Of a stretch of 64,000 bases of DNA, positions 38,558 to 47,390 are shown one piece after another (the stretch's first letter is position 1; every line of letters begins with the position of its first letter). Location of the stretch: assembly GCA_017417105.1 (NCBI GenBank), contig JAFPZU010000005.1, forward strand, positions 16,978 to 80,977. Reading direction: 5' to 3'. This DNA is from Lachnospiraceae bacterium (GTDB lineage Bacteria > Bacillota > Clostridia > Lachnospirales > Lachnospiraceae). Both the position numbers and the translations under genes were made by a program. Below the pieces are notes generated by a model. That model did no database searches. It was not told where the DNA came from and saw nothing but the letters and a program-made list of their open reading frames with translations.

Positions 38558-40909
38558 ATGGAAAGATACAGCGAAAAGAGCCGAAATACGCCTTATGAAA
38601 ATTATGGCGAATATATGACCTATATTTTCGACTGCGTTAATACCGGCATAGACCGGTATTTAACGGATATGAAGACGCTCTATGCCACTGAGGACGGAGG
38701 ATATAAGAATGTTCTCTATCCGGATCTTGAGGTGGCGGGAGATGTCTGTAAGGAGATGCTGTCCGCCTTTATTTCGAACGGAAACGGCAGGGCTTTGGAT
38801 AAAGAAGAAGCCTCGGATACTTCAGATGAGTCCTATGATGAAAAGGAAGAAGACGATGAAGAGGACGACGATCTTCTGGAGCTTTTGGGAGCTTTTTCAT
38901 CAGGGCAGGATGGCGGTAAGAAGAAAGACGTAGAAAAGAAGACTGCGGCGGTGTCTTCTCTTTCGGCAAAGGAAAAGCTTGAGTATGCCCAGAAGAAGGC
39001 GGAGATAACCGTGGAGGCGGGAATTCCTCTTCCCTTTTACGAGCTGTGCCGCAAGCTTTCCTTTGAACCTTTTACAACCTTCTGTTTTGCGGCGGGTATC
39101 CTTTCATCCACCCAGACTGACTATGCCGGGGTATTTCAGATAATAAACGAGAACGCGAATCTTTCTACGCCGACAATAGAGTCCGCTGCGAAGGTCTTTT
39201 ACGGGTCGGCTTTTTCGATAACCGGAGCGTATGGAGATATGTCAGCCTGTTTAGAGCAGCTCCTTCCGATCCTTCCTTTGAACGTTATAGACAGCATGCC
39301 GTTTTCTACCGTGGTCTCTCCGGATAAGAGGATCATAGACTGCCTTTTTGGCAGAAATCCGGAAAAGCTTGATGAAGATTATATAAGGTTTTTCGGGATG
39401 CTCACAAAGAACGAGGAGCTTGATCCCATCCTTGCAAACAAGGGCGTTCTGGATGCCATGAAGATATCCTATGATGAAGGAGTAAGGATCTTTTATTACT
39501 ATGGGGATGAGGGATCCGGCAGGAGATTTTTCGTAAAGCATTTTTGCAAAGAAAAGGATCTTAAAGCCATATCCATAAACTGCAACAAGCTTTTCAACTA
39601 TGATTATCAGTTTGTGGACAGGGCGCTCTGGGCTGTCGCGAGGGACTGTATTCTCACAAATTCCTGCTGCTGTCTTACGGATCTGTCCTTCAGGGAAGAG
39701 GAAAAGGAGAAATTTTTCGGCTACATCGATCTTGCATTTTCAAAGCTTACCGAGCAGGGGCTTACGGTCTTTGCCATGAGCAAGGAGCACATAGATTTCA
39801 GGGGAGTTACGAAAAACGAATTTACGGAGCTTGAGATAGCAACGCCCGACACCGGGGAGAGACAGGCCTGCTGGGAGCATTATTCGAAGCGGTTTAAGCT
39901 TGCGGATGAGATAGATATGCTTGAGATGTCCACGAAGTTCTTATTCACCCCGGGAAAGATCCATGATGCCTTAAAGCATGCAAGAAGCCTTGCCACCATG
40001 GCAGAGGAGTCCGTGATCTCAAGGGATAAGCTCTTCAAGGGCTGCTATAACCAGATGAGCTCGGAGCTTACCCAGAAGGCAACAAAGATAAAGGCGAACT
40101 TCGGCTTTGAAGATATCGTAATGAACGCAAGTCAGAGAGAGACCTTAGAGCATGCCATAGACCAGATGAACTTCAGGAAGCAGGTCTATGAGAACTGGAA
40201 TTATACAAAGAAGTATCCCTACGGACGGGGGCTTTCAATCCTTCTCTTCGGTGCACCCGGAACCGGTAAATCCATGTGCGCACAGGTTATAGCTCATGAG
40301 CTTAACCTTGAGCTTTACAGGGTGGATCTTTCGAAAGTTATAGATAAATACGTGGGTGAGACCGAAAAATCAATCTCCATGATCTTCAGGGAGGCCAAAA
40401 AGTGTAACGTTGTACTGTTCTTTGACGAGTGCGATACGCTCTTTGCAAAAAGATCGGATGACGGAGGCTCAAACCAGGCATCGAACAATAATAAGACCGC
40501 CCTTCTTCTGCAGGAGGTTGAAGCTTATGACGGGGTTTCGGTACTGGCTACAAACTACAAGCACAATATAGATCCTGCTTTCTTCAGAAGAATGAAATAC
40601 ATAGTGGAATTCCAGTTCCCGGATCCGGATACCAGGGAGATGCTCTGGAAGACCACGATACCTAAAGATACACCAATGGCCGAAGATGTGGATATCAGAT
40701 TTCTTGCAGAGAAATTTGAGTTTGTCGGAGGTAATATCAAGAACTGCATCTTAAACGCAGCCTTCCTTGCTGCTGCGGACAAGGATTCCGACGGCTTCGT
40801 GCATATGAAGCACTACCTGCTTGCTATAAAATATGAGTTTGTTAAGGTTGGAAAGGTATTTACAAAGTCAGATTTCGAACCGTATGCGGCGGAAGTAGGA
40901 CTTGCGTAA
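38558..40909 (+). CDS. AAA+ ATPase (Afp15/Pvc15-like)
   Basis: GAPGTGKS, VDLSKVIDKYVGETEK, LFFDECD, LATN, DPAFFRR; degenerate N-terminal AAA module. Confidence 0.92.
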   Translation: MERYSEKSRNTPYENYGEYMTYIFDCVNTGIDRYLTDMKTLYATEDGGYKNVLYPDLEVAGDVCKEMLSAFISNGNGRALDKEEASDTSDESYDEKEEDDEEDDDLLELLGAFSSGQDGGKKKDVEKKTAAVSSLSAKEKLEYAQKKAEITVEAGIPLPFYELCRKLSFEPFTTFCFAAGILSSTQTDYAGVFQIINENANLSTPTIESAAKVFYGSAFSITGAYGDMSACLEQLLPILPLNVIDSMPFSTVVSPDKRIIDCLFGRNPEKLDEDYIRFFGMLTKNEELDPILANKGVLDAMKISYDEGVRIFYYYGDEGSGRRFFVKHFCKEKDLKAISINCNKLFNYDYQFVDRALWAVARDCILTNSCCCLTDLSFREEEKEKFFGYIDLAFSKLTEQGLTVFAMSKEHIDFRGVTKNEFTELEIATPDTGERQACWEHYSKRFKLADEIDMLEMSTKFLFTPGKIHDALKHARSLATMAEESVISRDKLFKGCYNQMSSELTQKATKIKANFGFEDIVMNASQRETLEHAIDQMNFRKQVYENWNYTKKYPYGRGLSILLFGAPGTGKSMCAQVIAHELNLELYRVDLSKVIDKYVGETEKSISMIFREAKKCNVVLFFDECDTLFAKRSDDGGSNQASNNNKTALLLQEVEAYDGVSVLATNYKHNIDPAFFRRMKYIVEFQFPDPDTREMLWKTTIPKDTPMAEDVDIRFLAEKFEFVGGNIKNCILNAAFLAAADKDSDGFVHMKHYLLAIKYEFVKVGKVFTKSDFEPYAAEVGLA

Positions 40910-40923
40910 AGAAAAACAATCAA

Positions 40924-42981
40924 TCAGGCAAGGTAAGCGTATTTACCCAGTGCATCATTTGTGAAAGCTACTGTCGTTGTCTTTTCAAGCTCGGCCTTTA
41001 CCGCGTGAATGATGTGGATCATGCCGAGTTTTTCGCCCTTTCCGGAGGCTATGGCGCAGGAATTTAAGAAAACCGACTTTATGGTGCTTCCCGTAAAGTC
41101 CTTAAACTGGGAAGCAAGATAGGCAGTATCTATATCTTCCTTTGGAATATCTTCCGTAATGCAGGATTCCCATATCGCAAGTCTGGCGTTTTCATCGGGA
41201 TTTTCAAAATTGACCACATATCTTATCCTTCTTAAGAAAGCAGGATCTATATTCCCTTTTATATTAGTTGCGAGAACCACGATTCCGTCGTAGGCCTCTA
41301 TCCTCTGCAGAAGATAGGATATCTCGGTATTGGCATATTTATCGTGAGAATCCTTGACCTCGCTTCTTTTGCCGAAAAGCGCATCGGCTTCATCGAAGAA
41401 GAGAACCGAGTTGGTCTTTTCCGCAAAGGAGAAAGCTTTTTCAAGATTCTTTTCCGTCTCTCCTATGTATTTGTCCACAATATGGGACAGGTTCACCTGA
41501 TATAGGGGCATCTTAAGTTCTCCCGCTATGGCGTTTGCGGTCATTGTCTTACCGGTTCCGGGAGGACCGGAGAGCAGAAGCGATACAGACCTTCCGTAGG
41601 GATAGTTTTTCCTCAGGTTCCACTCATCAAGTATTCTGTGGCTTTGCCTTACGCTTGTTATAACGTCATCAAGCTTTTCACGAAGATGGGGCTGTATCTT
41701 TACATCGTCAAGCAGGATCTTAGAGTAAACGATACGTCCGAGCGGATCTTCCTCTTTTTTTGTCTGCTGAAGGGTAAGCTTTGAAAAAAGGGTGTCGGGA
41801 TCATAATCTTCGACCTTATCTTTTTCAAGGAAGGAAGATACGATGCGGGAGGTTTCGCTGGCATTTAAATGATATCTCATCGCAAACTGTGAAGGATCCG
41901 CGGGAAGAGAGTACAGATCCTTAAAGCCCTGCCAGAGAGCATACCTTTCATCGAAGGAGAGCTCCTCCGGGAGCTCTTCAAGCATCGACTTCATCGATAT
42001 CACGTTGTTTGAAAAAAGACAGGGAACATCCGTACACAGTATCAGCGGTATGTTCGATGACAGCACAGGTTCAAGAAGCATCCTTGATAAGAGCTCGGCT
42101 CCAAGACGGGTCAGCTCACTGCTGCCTGAGGCTTTCAGGTAATCCTCCGTAATTCCGTAAAAGCAGATCCCTGCCTTAAGGAGTCCGGCTTCCCGAACAA
42201 GGGCGCTTCTTATAACGGCTATATCTTTTTTGGCCTCTCTCATGAAGTCGGGAAGGTTCAGAAAAAGAAAAGGCATGTCAAGCTTCAGGGAGATATGCTT
42301 TGCGATAAACCGTCTGCCGCCTCTTCCGGAAAGAAGGAGAAGCTGTCCGCCGTTATTAAAGAAATCATATCCGTTATCTATAAAGCTTTTATGGATATAG
42401 GGCGGATTAAGTGATATGGCTTCCCGGCCTCCCGGAACGAAAAGATCCGTGAAGGGCGAAAGACAGGGATTTATCTCATCACTTCCTTCAAGGTAGGCCA
42501 TAAGCCTGTCATCGATACGAACGGGAGCGTACTGAAGAGGAGACCCGGTCCTTTCTATGTGACAAAAGACAGAGGCTTTTTCAGCTTTTGTAAGTATGTC
42601 TCTTTCTTCAGGATCAGGAATACCCTCAAGAAGAAAAGCCGCGTGAAGGCAGACCGGACTTCCAAGGTGATAGGAAATTAAGGCTCCGAGCTCCGGATGC
42701 ATAAGGTCTGCCATGCAAAGATCCAAAAGGGAGCGCAGCACGTTATCTCCCTTAAAAAGTTTAAGAAGTGAAAAATATCTTTCGATCCTTAAGTCGCTAA
42801 AAGTATCCCTTTCCGCCTCTGCCTCTCCTTTAGCCCAAAGCTTCATATCCTCGTCGGTTAAGGCGGAGGATATGCGCTTAAGATCCGGCGATTTGGAAAA
42901 CGGATCATCTATGCCGTTTTCTTCAAAAAAAGCAAGGCATCTTGTTATGATAAGCGCTTCAGTGATCCTAAGGTAGTTCAT
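40924..42981 (-). CDS. Second AAA+ ATPase (Afp15/Pvc15-like)
   Basis: GPPGTGKT, VDKYIGETEKNL, LFFDEADALFGKRSEVKDSHDKYAN, DPAFLRR. Confidence 0.92.
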   Translation of the reverse strand: MNYLRITEALIITRCLAFFEENGIDDPFSKSPDLKRISSALTDEDMKLWAKGEAEAERDTFSDLRIERYFSLLKLFKGDNVLRSLLDLCMADLMHPELGALISYHLGSPVCLHAAFLLEGIPDPEERDILTKAEKASVFCHIERTGSPLQYAPVRIDDRLMAYLEGSDEINPCLSPFTDLFVPGGREAISLNPPYIHKSFIDNGYDFFNNGGQLLLLSGRGGRRFIAKHISLKLDMPFLFLNLPDFMREAKKDIAVIRSALVREAGLLKAGICFYGITEDYLKASGSSELTRLGAELLSRMLLEPVLSSNIPLILCTDVPCLFSNNVISMKSMLEELPEELSFDERYALWQGFKDLYSLPADPSQFAMRYHLNASETSRIVSSFLEKDKVEDYDPDTLFSKLTLQQTKKEEDPLGRIVYSKILLDDVKIQPHLREKLDDVITSVRQSHRILDEWNLRKNYPYGRSVSLLLSGPPGTGKTMTANAIAGELKMPLYQVNLSHIVDKYIGETEKNLEKAFSFAEKTNSVLFFDEADALFGKRSEVKDSHDKYANTEISYLLQRIEAYDGIVVLATNIKGNIDPAFLRRIRYVVNFENPDENARLAIWESCITEDIPKEDIDTAYLASQFKDFTGSTIKSVFLNSCAIASGKGEKLGMIHIIHAVKAELEKTTTVAFTNDALGKYAYLA

Positions 42982-42997
42982 GCTTAGCTGCCCGTCA

Positions 42998-45900
42998 TCA
43001 TGCTATTGAAGAGCGGAGCACCGCTCTCCAGTTTGAAGGAGCTCCGACCGCAGCAAGAATCTTCGGAAGAGGAACACGCTGAAGAAGAGCCTTGTTTCTT
43101 GTAAGATTTCCACCCTGAAAACGCTCGTCCCCGGCACCTGCCAAAGAGAGGTAGGGCTGCATAAGGTTTATCGCAAGAGCCGTTTCTCCGTCAGTCTTTC
43201 CGGGTTTACGTATAAGATGGTGGGTATCTATTGCCATAAAGATACGGGCCAGATCCACAAGATAGTGCTTGTTGTTTATACCCGTCTCTCTTTTCAAGGC
43301 GGAATTGAAGCCCGAATAACTTGCAAACTTCGAATTTCCCAGCGCCTTTGCCACGTTTTCGCTGAAGTGACCCGAATCGTGTATCTTTCCTACAGCCCAC
43401 CCGATAAAGGCGCTGACCTTTGTTGCGATCTTGAAGGGAAGGGCTATGGGGTTGAACCAGGACAGGGCTGACGCGGCTCCCAGGAAGTTTCCGGTTGCGT
43501 CTATGGAGTTTGTGATTATCGAAGAGATCGCCATCTTTCTTGCCCTTCTTGCCCTGGATTTTGCAAGTGACAGGAAATACTGTCCCTGGGAATTGTTTGA
43601 CGCAGCGAGTCCGATCTTCTGCTGCGTATTCTCCATATCATCTTCAGTAACGTTCTGTGCCTGTCCGTTTTGAAGGACAGTATTTTTCCTTGCGGCGTAC
43701 TGGGTCATGGCGGTTTCAATGTCGGATTCGGTGGACTTGATCCTGCTTACCTCCATTGAGGTCTTGATGGAATCTATTATGCCCTTTACGATCGCTACTA
43801 CATTTTTAACAACGCCGAAGAGCTTAACGACCCCTTTTATCAAAGGAGTGTCAAGCCACCAGTAAACGATATCTATGAGATCTCCGATCATATCAATGAT
43901 AAGCTTGAATATGCTTCCTACGTAGGGCCATATCGATTCCCCGTTAGATTTGGCTTTGGCAGCATTTTTTATTTCTTCAACAAGGGAAGCTATGTGCTCG
44001 ACAAAGCTCAAAGCGCTCTGTATCGTACCTATAATGGAGAGGCTCGTTTTTGCGGCTTCGGAGGGTTCATAAGAATATCCTCCTTTGTCATCTTCTACTT
44101 TTTGGATACCTCCGGTTGTCGCCGTTATTATGGCAGGAATGGGTGCCAGTGCAATTCCCCAGTTTGTGGATGCGTCAGCGGCAACTTCGCCGTAGTTTTT
44201 TGTGAACATATTGCAGGCATAGTTTATGTCTCCGCCTATCTTCATGGCTCCAACATCGGCAGTCACTGCGCTGAAGGAGCCGGAGAGCGTTCCTAAAAGG
44301 GATCCGTCCCAGAAGCTCTGCCGTAGATTTGTAAGGGAGAAAAAGCCGTCCCGTTTTGCGGAAAGATCTTCAATATGCATGTTAAGCTTGTCCGGCCTTA
44401 AGCTTTTTCCTATGTCGGTCCAGTCAAACTCACGGGGATCGGCAAATTCCTGGAGAAGTCCTATTCTCATAAGCTCTCCTGTGGCAGGAAGTCCTTTTAA
44501 GCGGTGACTGAACCTTCCGCCGAGACGTTCTGCGTAATCCCTTGCAAGCTCCCAAAGGGCGGTATCATCCTCTGCAAGGAGCAGTGTACCGAGATCTCTT
44601 TTGCTCTCTTTTGAAAGTCCGCTTGAAGCAAGTACATGAAGAGCCTGTCTCAGCTGATTTATGAGGGCGTCCGGTCCGGGGGCATCCTGACCGTTTACTC
44701 CGCCGTTTCTTGAGTCAATATAGGCGTTCAGCAGTATGACAGCCGACATAGCTTCATCCGGCTGCTGAGGATTCTCATTCTGCGCATTATCATTTTGCTG
44801 AGGATTCCCGTTTTCACCCTGACCCTGTTCAGGAGCGGGATTATACTTGGATCTTATATCACCAAGCTCAGCTATGTTCGATGCGTCATAAGAGGCATAA
44901 TACTGGATGGTACCTGCATTTATATGGCGGAAGAAGTCGGATCTTCTTATGGCAATCCGCACCGCTTCCTCCTGACCGGCATTGTCCCAGGTTGGGGATC
45001 CGATAAAGCTTGACTGGCTCATGTTCTGCATCGCGGTATAGTCGTCGGAGAAGAATTCACCCTCAACGTACATTCCCTTTACATTCTGACCAAAGGCGTT
45101 TTTAACCCTTGCCTTGTAGATCTTTGCAGAGGATTCCGAAACAAGAAAAGAGTTATTGGTTCCCTTTTCATCAATAATAAGGTTCATTTCGGCAGCATCC
45201 ATGCCGAGAGGCCCGGGAACAGGGACGTTTTGCGGCGGATTCGGATTTGCTCTTGCCTGAATATTAGCGTCAAGCTCCTGCCTTGTCATCTTGCCCCGCT
45301 CCTGCCTTGTCTGTCCCGAATCCGTAAGGGCAGTATTTGTCTTTGAAGTAAACTGATTCTTTGCCCTGTAGCCCCTGAAATCGGAAAGGAGCTTCATCCT
45401 TATCTTCTTTTTATTGTTTTCACGATAATCGGTGAGGGTTTTGATCCCGTCCGCATAGGCTTCAAAGGTCATTACCTGATGGTATTTTACGGGACGCGCC
45501 GCTTCCTCGGTATTAAGGGAACCTTCGCCAAGCTGCTTGTTTTTTACCGGAGTTATGACAGGCGATGCGGAATAGGGATTGCGCCTTAAGTTGTTTATTA
45601 TCCGCTCAAGGGCATCCATGCTGTAGACCCCGTTGTATTCCGCGATCTTCTTTTTTGCATCTCCGCCGCCGTTTGCGTCAAGAACCTCGCCTATGCTCCT
45701 TGTATTACGGTCAAGGCGTCTTGTCATCATGTAATAGATCTGGGCAAGACGGTCGTAAGATTTATATCTTTTTCTGAAGGTTGTGTTACGGTATGCTTCC
45801 CGTTTTCTGTCCCAGCGTCTTGCAGTTTCACGGATCTCATCGCTTATAATACTCACATCCCTGAGAGCGGCGTTCATGCTGGATTCAGCACTTTTTCTTC

Positions 45901-46612
45901 TGCGATCAACGGCAGTGAAAAACTTTTTAAGACCACCTCGTCTTGTATGTGTATTGGTCTCCACTTCAACCCTTATGGAATCAAGCTTCCTTAAATCACG
46001 CTGGCGCAGCGCAGCATCATCCGTTGCGGCAAAAAGGGGTTCTTCCTGTCCGGGAACGGCTGCCTGCTGCTCCTGAAGCTCATTTCCTTCCTGGTTTTCA
46101 GGGATCTGATCACCGTTATCAATATTCAGCTCGCCGTTATCCTGATCAACTGCATTAAAGGGGATGTTATCCTGGGGCAGGGGCGGCGTGATGCCCTGCA
46201 TCAGATTATTAACGGCCTGTAAGGAGACTTCTGCATCCATAGGCGAGATACGGCTTTTTGCAAGAAAGTATTCAGCGACGGCGAGATTTGAAGCTCTGAC
46301 CTTTGCTTTTGCCAGGGCTATGCGGGGCTTCAGCTCTCTTTCGGTAAAGGCAGTATGCTCTCTTGCCATTGTATTTGTTTCTTCAAGGGAGATCCTGTTC
46401 TCATCCCTCATGCGGGCAAGAAGGGTGTTTCTTACTCCCTCGGATACGTCCTCACGGTCTTCTTCTCCCGAGAAGACAGAATCGCCCTTATCCATGTAAG
46501 AGCGAAGCGCAGGATCCAGACGGTCATCATTTAAGAGAGCTCCGGTGTCGGATAAGAAACCGCTGTCAAATTTCATTTTTTCCGGAGTTCCGGTTCTTGT
46601 CGTTTTTGGCAT
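42998..46612 (-). CDS. Large hypothetical protein with hydrophobic helical C-terminus; putative CIS effector
   Basis: Start moved to MPKTT (GAGGAG RBS, ATG just after the upstream stop), about 1204 aa; Q/N/P-rich linkers; several hydrophobic helices near the C-terminus; no signal peptide. Confidence 0.6.
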   Translation of the reverse strand: MPKTTRTGTPEKMKFDSGFLSDTGALLNDDRLDPALRSYMDKGDSVFSGEEDREDVSEGVRNTLLARMRDENRISLEETNTMAREHTAFTERELKPRIALAKAKVRASNLAVAEYFLAKSRISPMDAEVSLQAVNNLMQGITPPLPQDNIPFNAVDQDNGELNIDNGDQIPENQEGNELQEQQAAVPGQEEPLFAATDDAALRQRDLRKLDSIRVEVETNTHTRRGGLKKFFTAVDRRRKSAESSMNAALRDVSIISDEIRETARRWDRKREAYRNTTFRKRYKSYDRLAQIYYMMTRRLDRNTRSIGEVLDANGGGDAKKKIAEYNGVYSMDALERIINNLRRNPYSASPVITPVKNKQLGEGSLNTEEAARPVKYHQVMTFEAYADGIKTLTDYRENNKKKIRMKLLSDFRGYRAKNQFTSKTNTALTDSGQTRQERGKMTRQELDANIQARANPNPPQNVPVPGPLGMDAAEMNLIIDEKGTNNSFLVSESSAKIYKARVKNAFGQNVKGMYVEGEFFSDDYTAMQNMSQSSFIGSPTWDNAGQEEAVRIAIRRSDFFRHINAGTIQYYASYDASNIAELGDIRSKYNPAPEQGQGENGNPQQNDNAQNENPQQPDEAMSAVILLNAYIDSRNGGVNGQDAPGPDALINQLRQALHVLASSGLSKESKRDLGTLLLAEDDTALWELARDYAERLGGRFSHRLKGLPATGELMRIGLLQEFADPREFDWTDIGKSLRPDKLNMHIEDLSAKRDGFFSLTNLRQSFWDGSLLGTLSGSFSAVTADVGAMKIGGDINYACNMFTKNYGEVAADASTNWGIALAPIPAIITATTGGIQKVEDDKGGYSYEPSEAAKTSLSIIGTIQSALSFVEHIASLVEEIKNAAKAKSNGESIWPYVGSIFKLIIDMIGDLIDIVYWWLDTPLIKGVVKLFGVVKNVVAIVKGIIDSIKTSMEVSRIKSTESDIETAMTQYAARKNTVLQNGQAQNVTEDDMENTQQKIGLAASNNSQGQYFLSLAKSRARRARKMAISSIITNSIDATGNFLGAASALSWFNPIALPFKIATKVSAFIGWAVGKIHDSGHFSENVAKALGNSKFASYSGFNSALKRETGINNKHYLVDLARIFMAIDTHHLIRKPGKTDGETALAINLMQPYLSLAGAGDERFQGGNLTRNKALLQRVPLPKILAAVGAPSNWRAVLRSSIA

Positions 46613-46613
46613 A

Positions 46614-47213
46614 TCAGTCAGTCTCCTCTGCTTCTTTTTCTTTCTCGGATATGTACTTTTCCAGGGCATCAACTCTTGCTTCAAGATCATTAAGATCTGC
46701 TATGGTATCAAGGTATGCCATGTACTGATCAAGGGATATCCTTTTAGGATCGTTGCATAAAAACAGTACGTAATCCACGAAGATATCGAGCTGTTCATAA
46801 AGGGAGCCCAGATAATAACGGACGTTGTCACGTTCGGCATCAAGCACCGTTTCGTTAAGGGGCATCCTGTAGGTCAGATATACCTGCCTTAAGGGACCAT
46901 AATAACCGAAGCTTCCGAAAGCAGGGAAAGCCCCGACGGAGATCACGTTATTTAATTCGTTAAGTCCCTGAAGGATCCCGGGTACTATGGCATCGTCTAT
47001 CTTCTGGGCAAGGGTTGTATGAAAATGGAGGACGGGATAGTCGTCACCCGGGTTTAGTCCCGCTTCAAACGCCGCCTCAAAGATCACGGAAGAGCCTGTA
47101 ACTCCAAGCATATTCCCCATGGATCTTAAGACATTGCCCTTTTTTTCGCAGGAGCCGAAGAGTGCTTCCATGTCTTCTCTCAGGGCTTCTTCAAATTCAA
47201 CTATGGTTTCCAT
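46614..47213 (-). CDS. Acidic hypothetical protein, YbjN/type III chaperone-like (chaperone or immunity candidate)
   Basis: 199 aa, acidic; LNELNNVISVG..FGSFGY...QVYLTYRMPL pattern; coupled to the putative effector gene. Confidence 0.5.
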   Translation of the reverse strand: METIVEFEEALREDMEALFGSCEKKGNVLRSMGNMLGVTGSSVIFEAAFEAGLNPGDDYPVLHFHTTLAQKIDDAIVPGILQGLNELNNVISVGAFPAFGSFGYYGPLRQVYLTYRMPLNETVLDAERDNVRYYLGSLYEQLDIFVDYVLFLCNDPKRISLDQYMAYLDTIADLNDLEARVDALEKYISEKEKEAEETD

Positions 47214-47390
47214 ATAAGAGCCATCCTTTGTACGTTAATGATATGATTATACCGGGTTTCCCGATACAGTGTTTCTACAAATAAAACTGATTGAATAATA
47301 CTATATTTTCAGGCATAAAGTAAACTGAAAACTACTTATGGCCAGATACAGAGTAACTGCCAAGACAGTAGATCAAGCGATTCTTCCGAC

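Noticed and set aside
6746-42981. Canonical proteobacterial T6SS
   Set aside because: No recognisable TssJLM, TssA, ClpV or split TssB/C; the sheath is single-chain and the tube is gp19-like.
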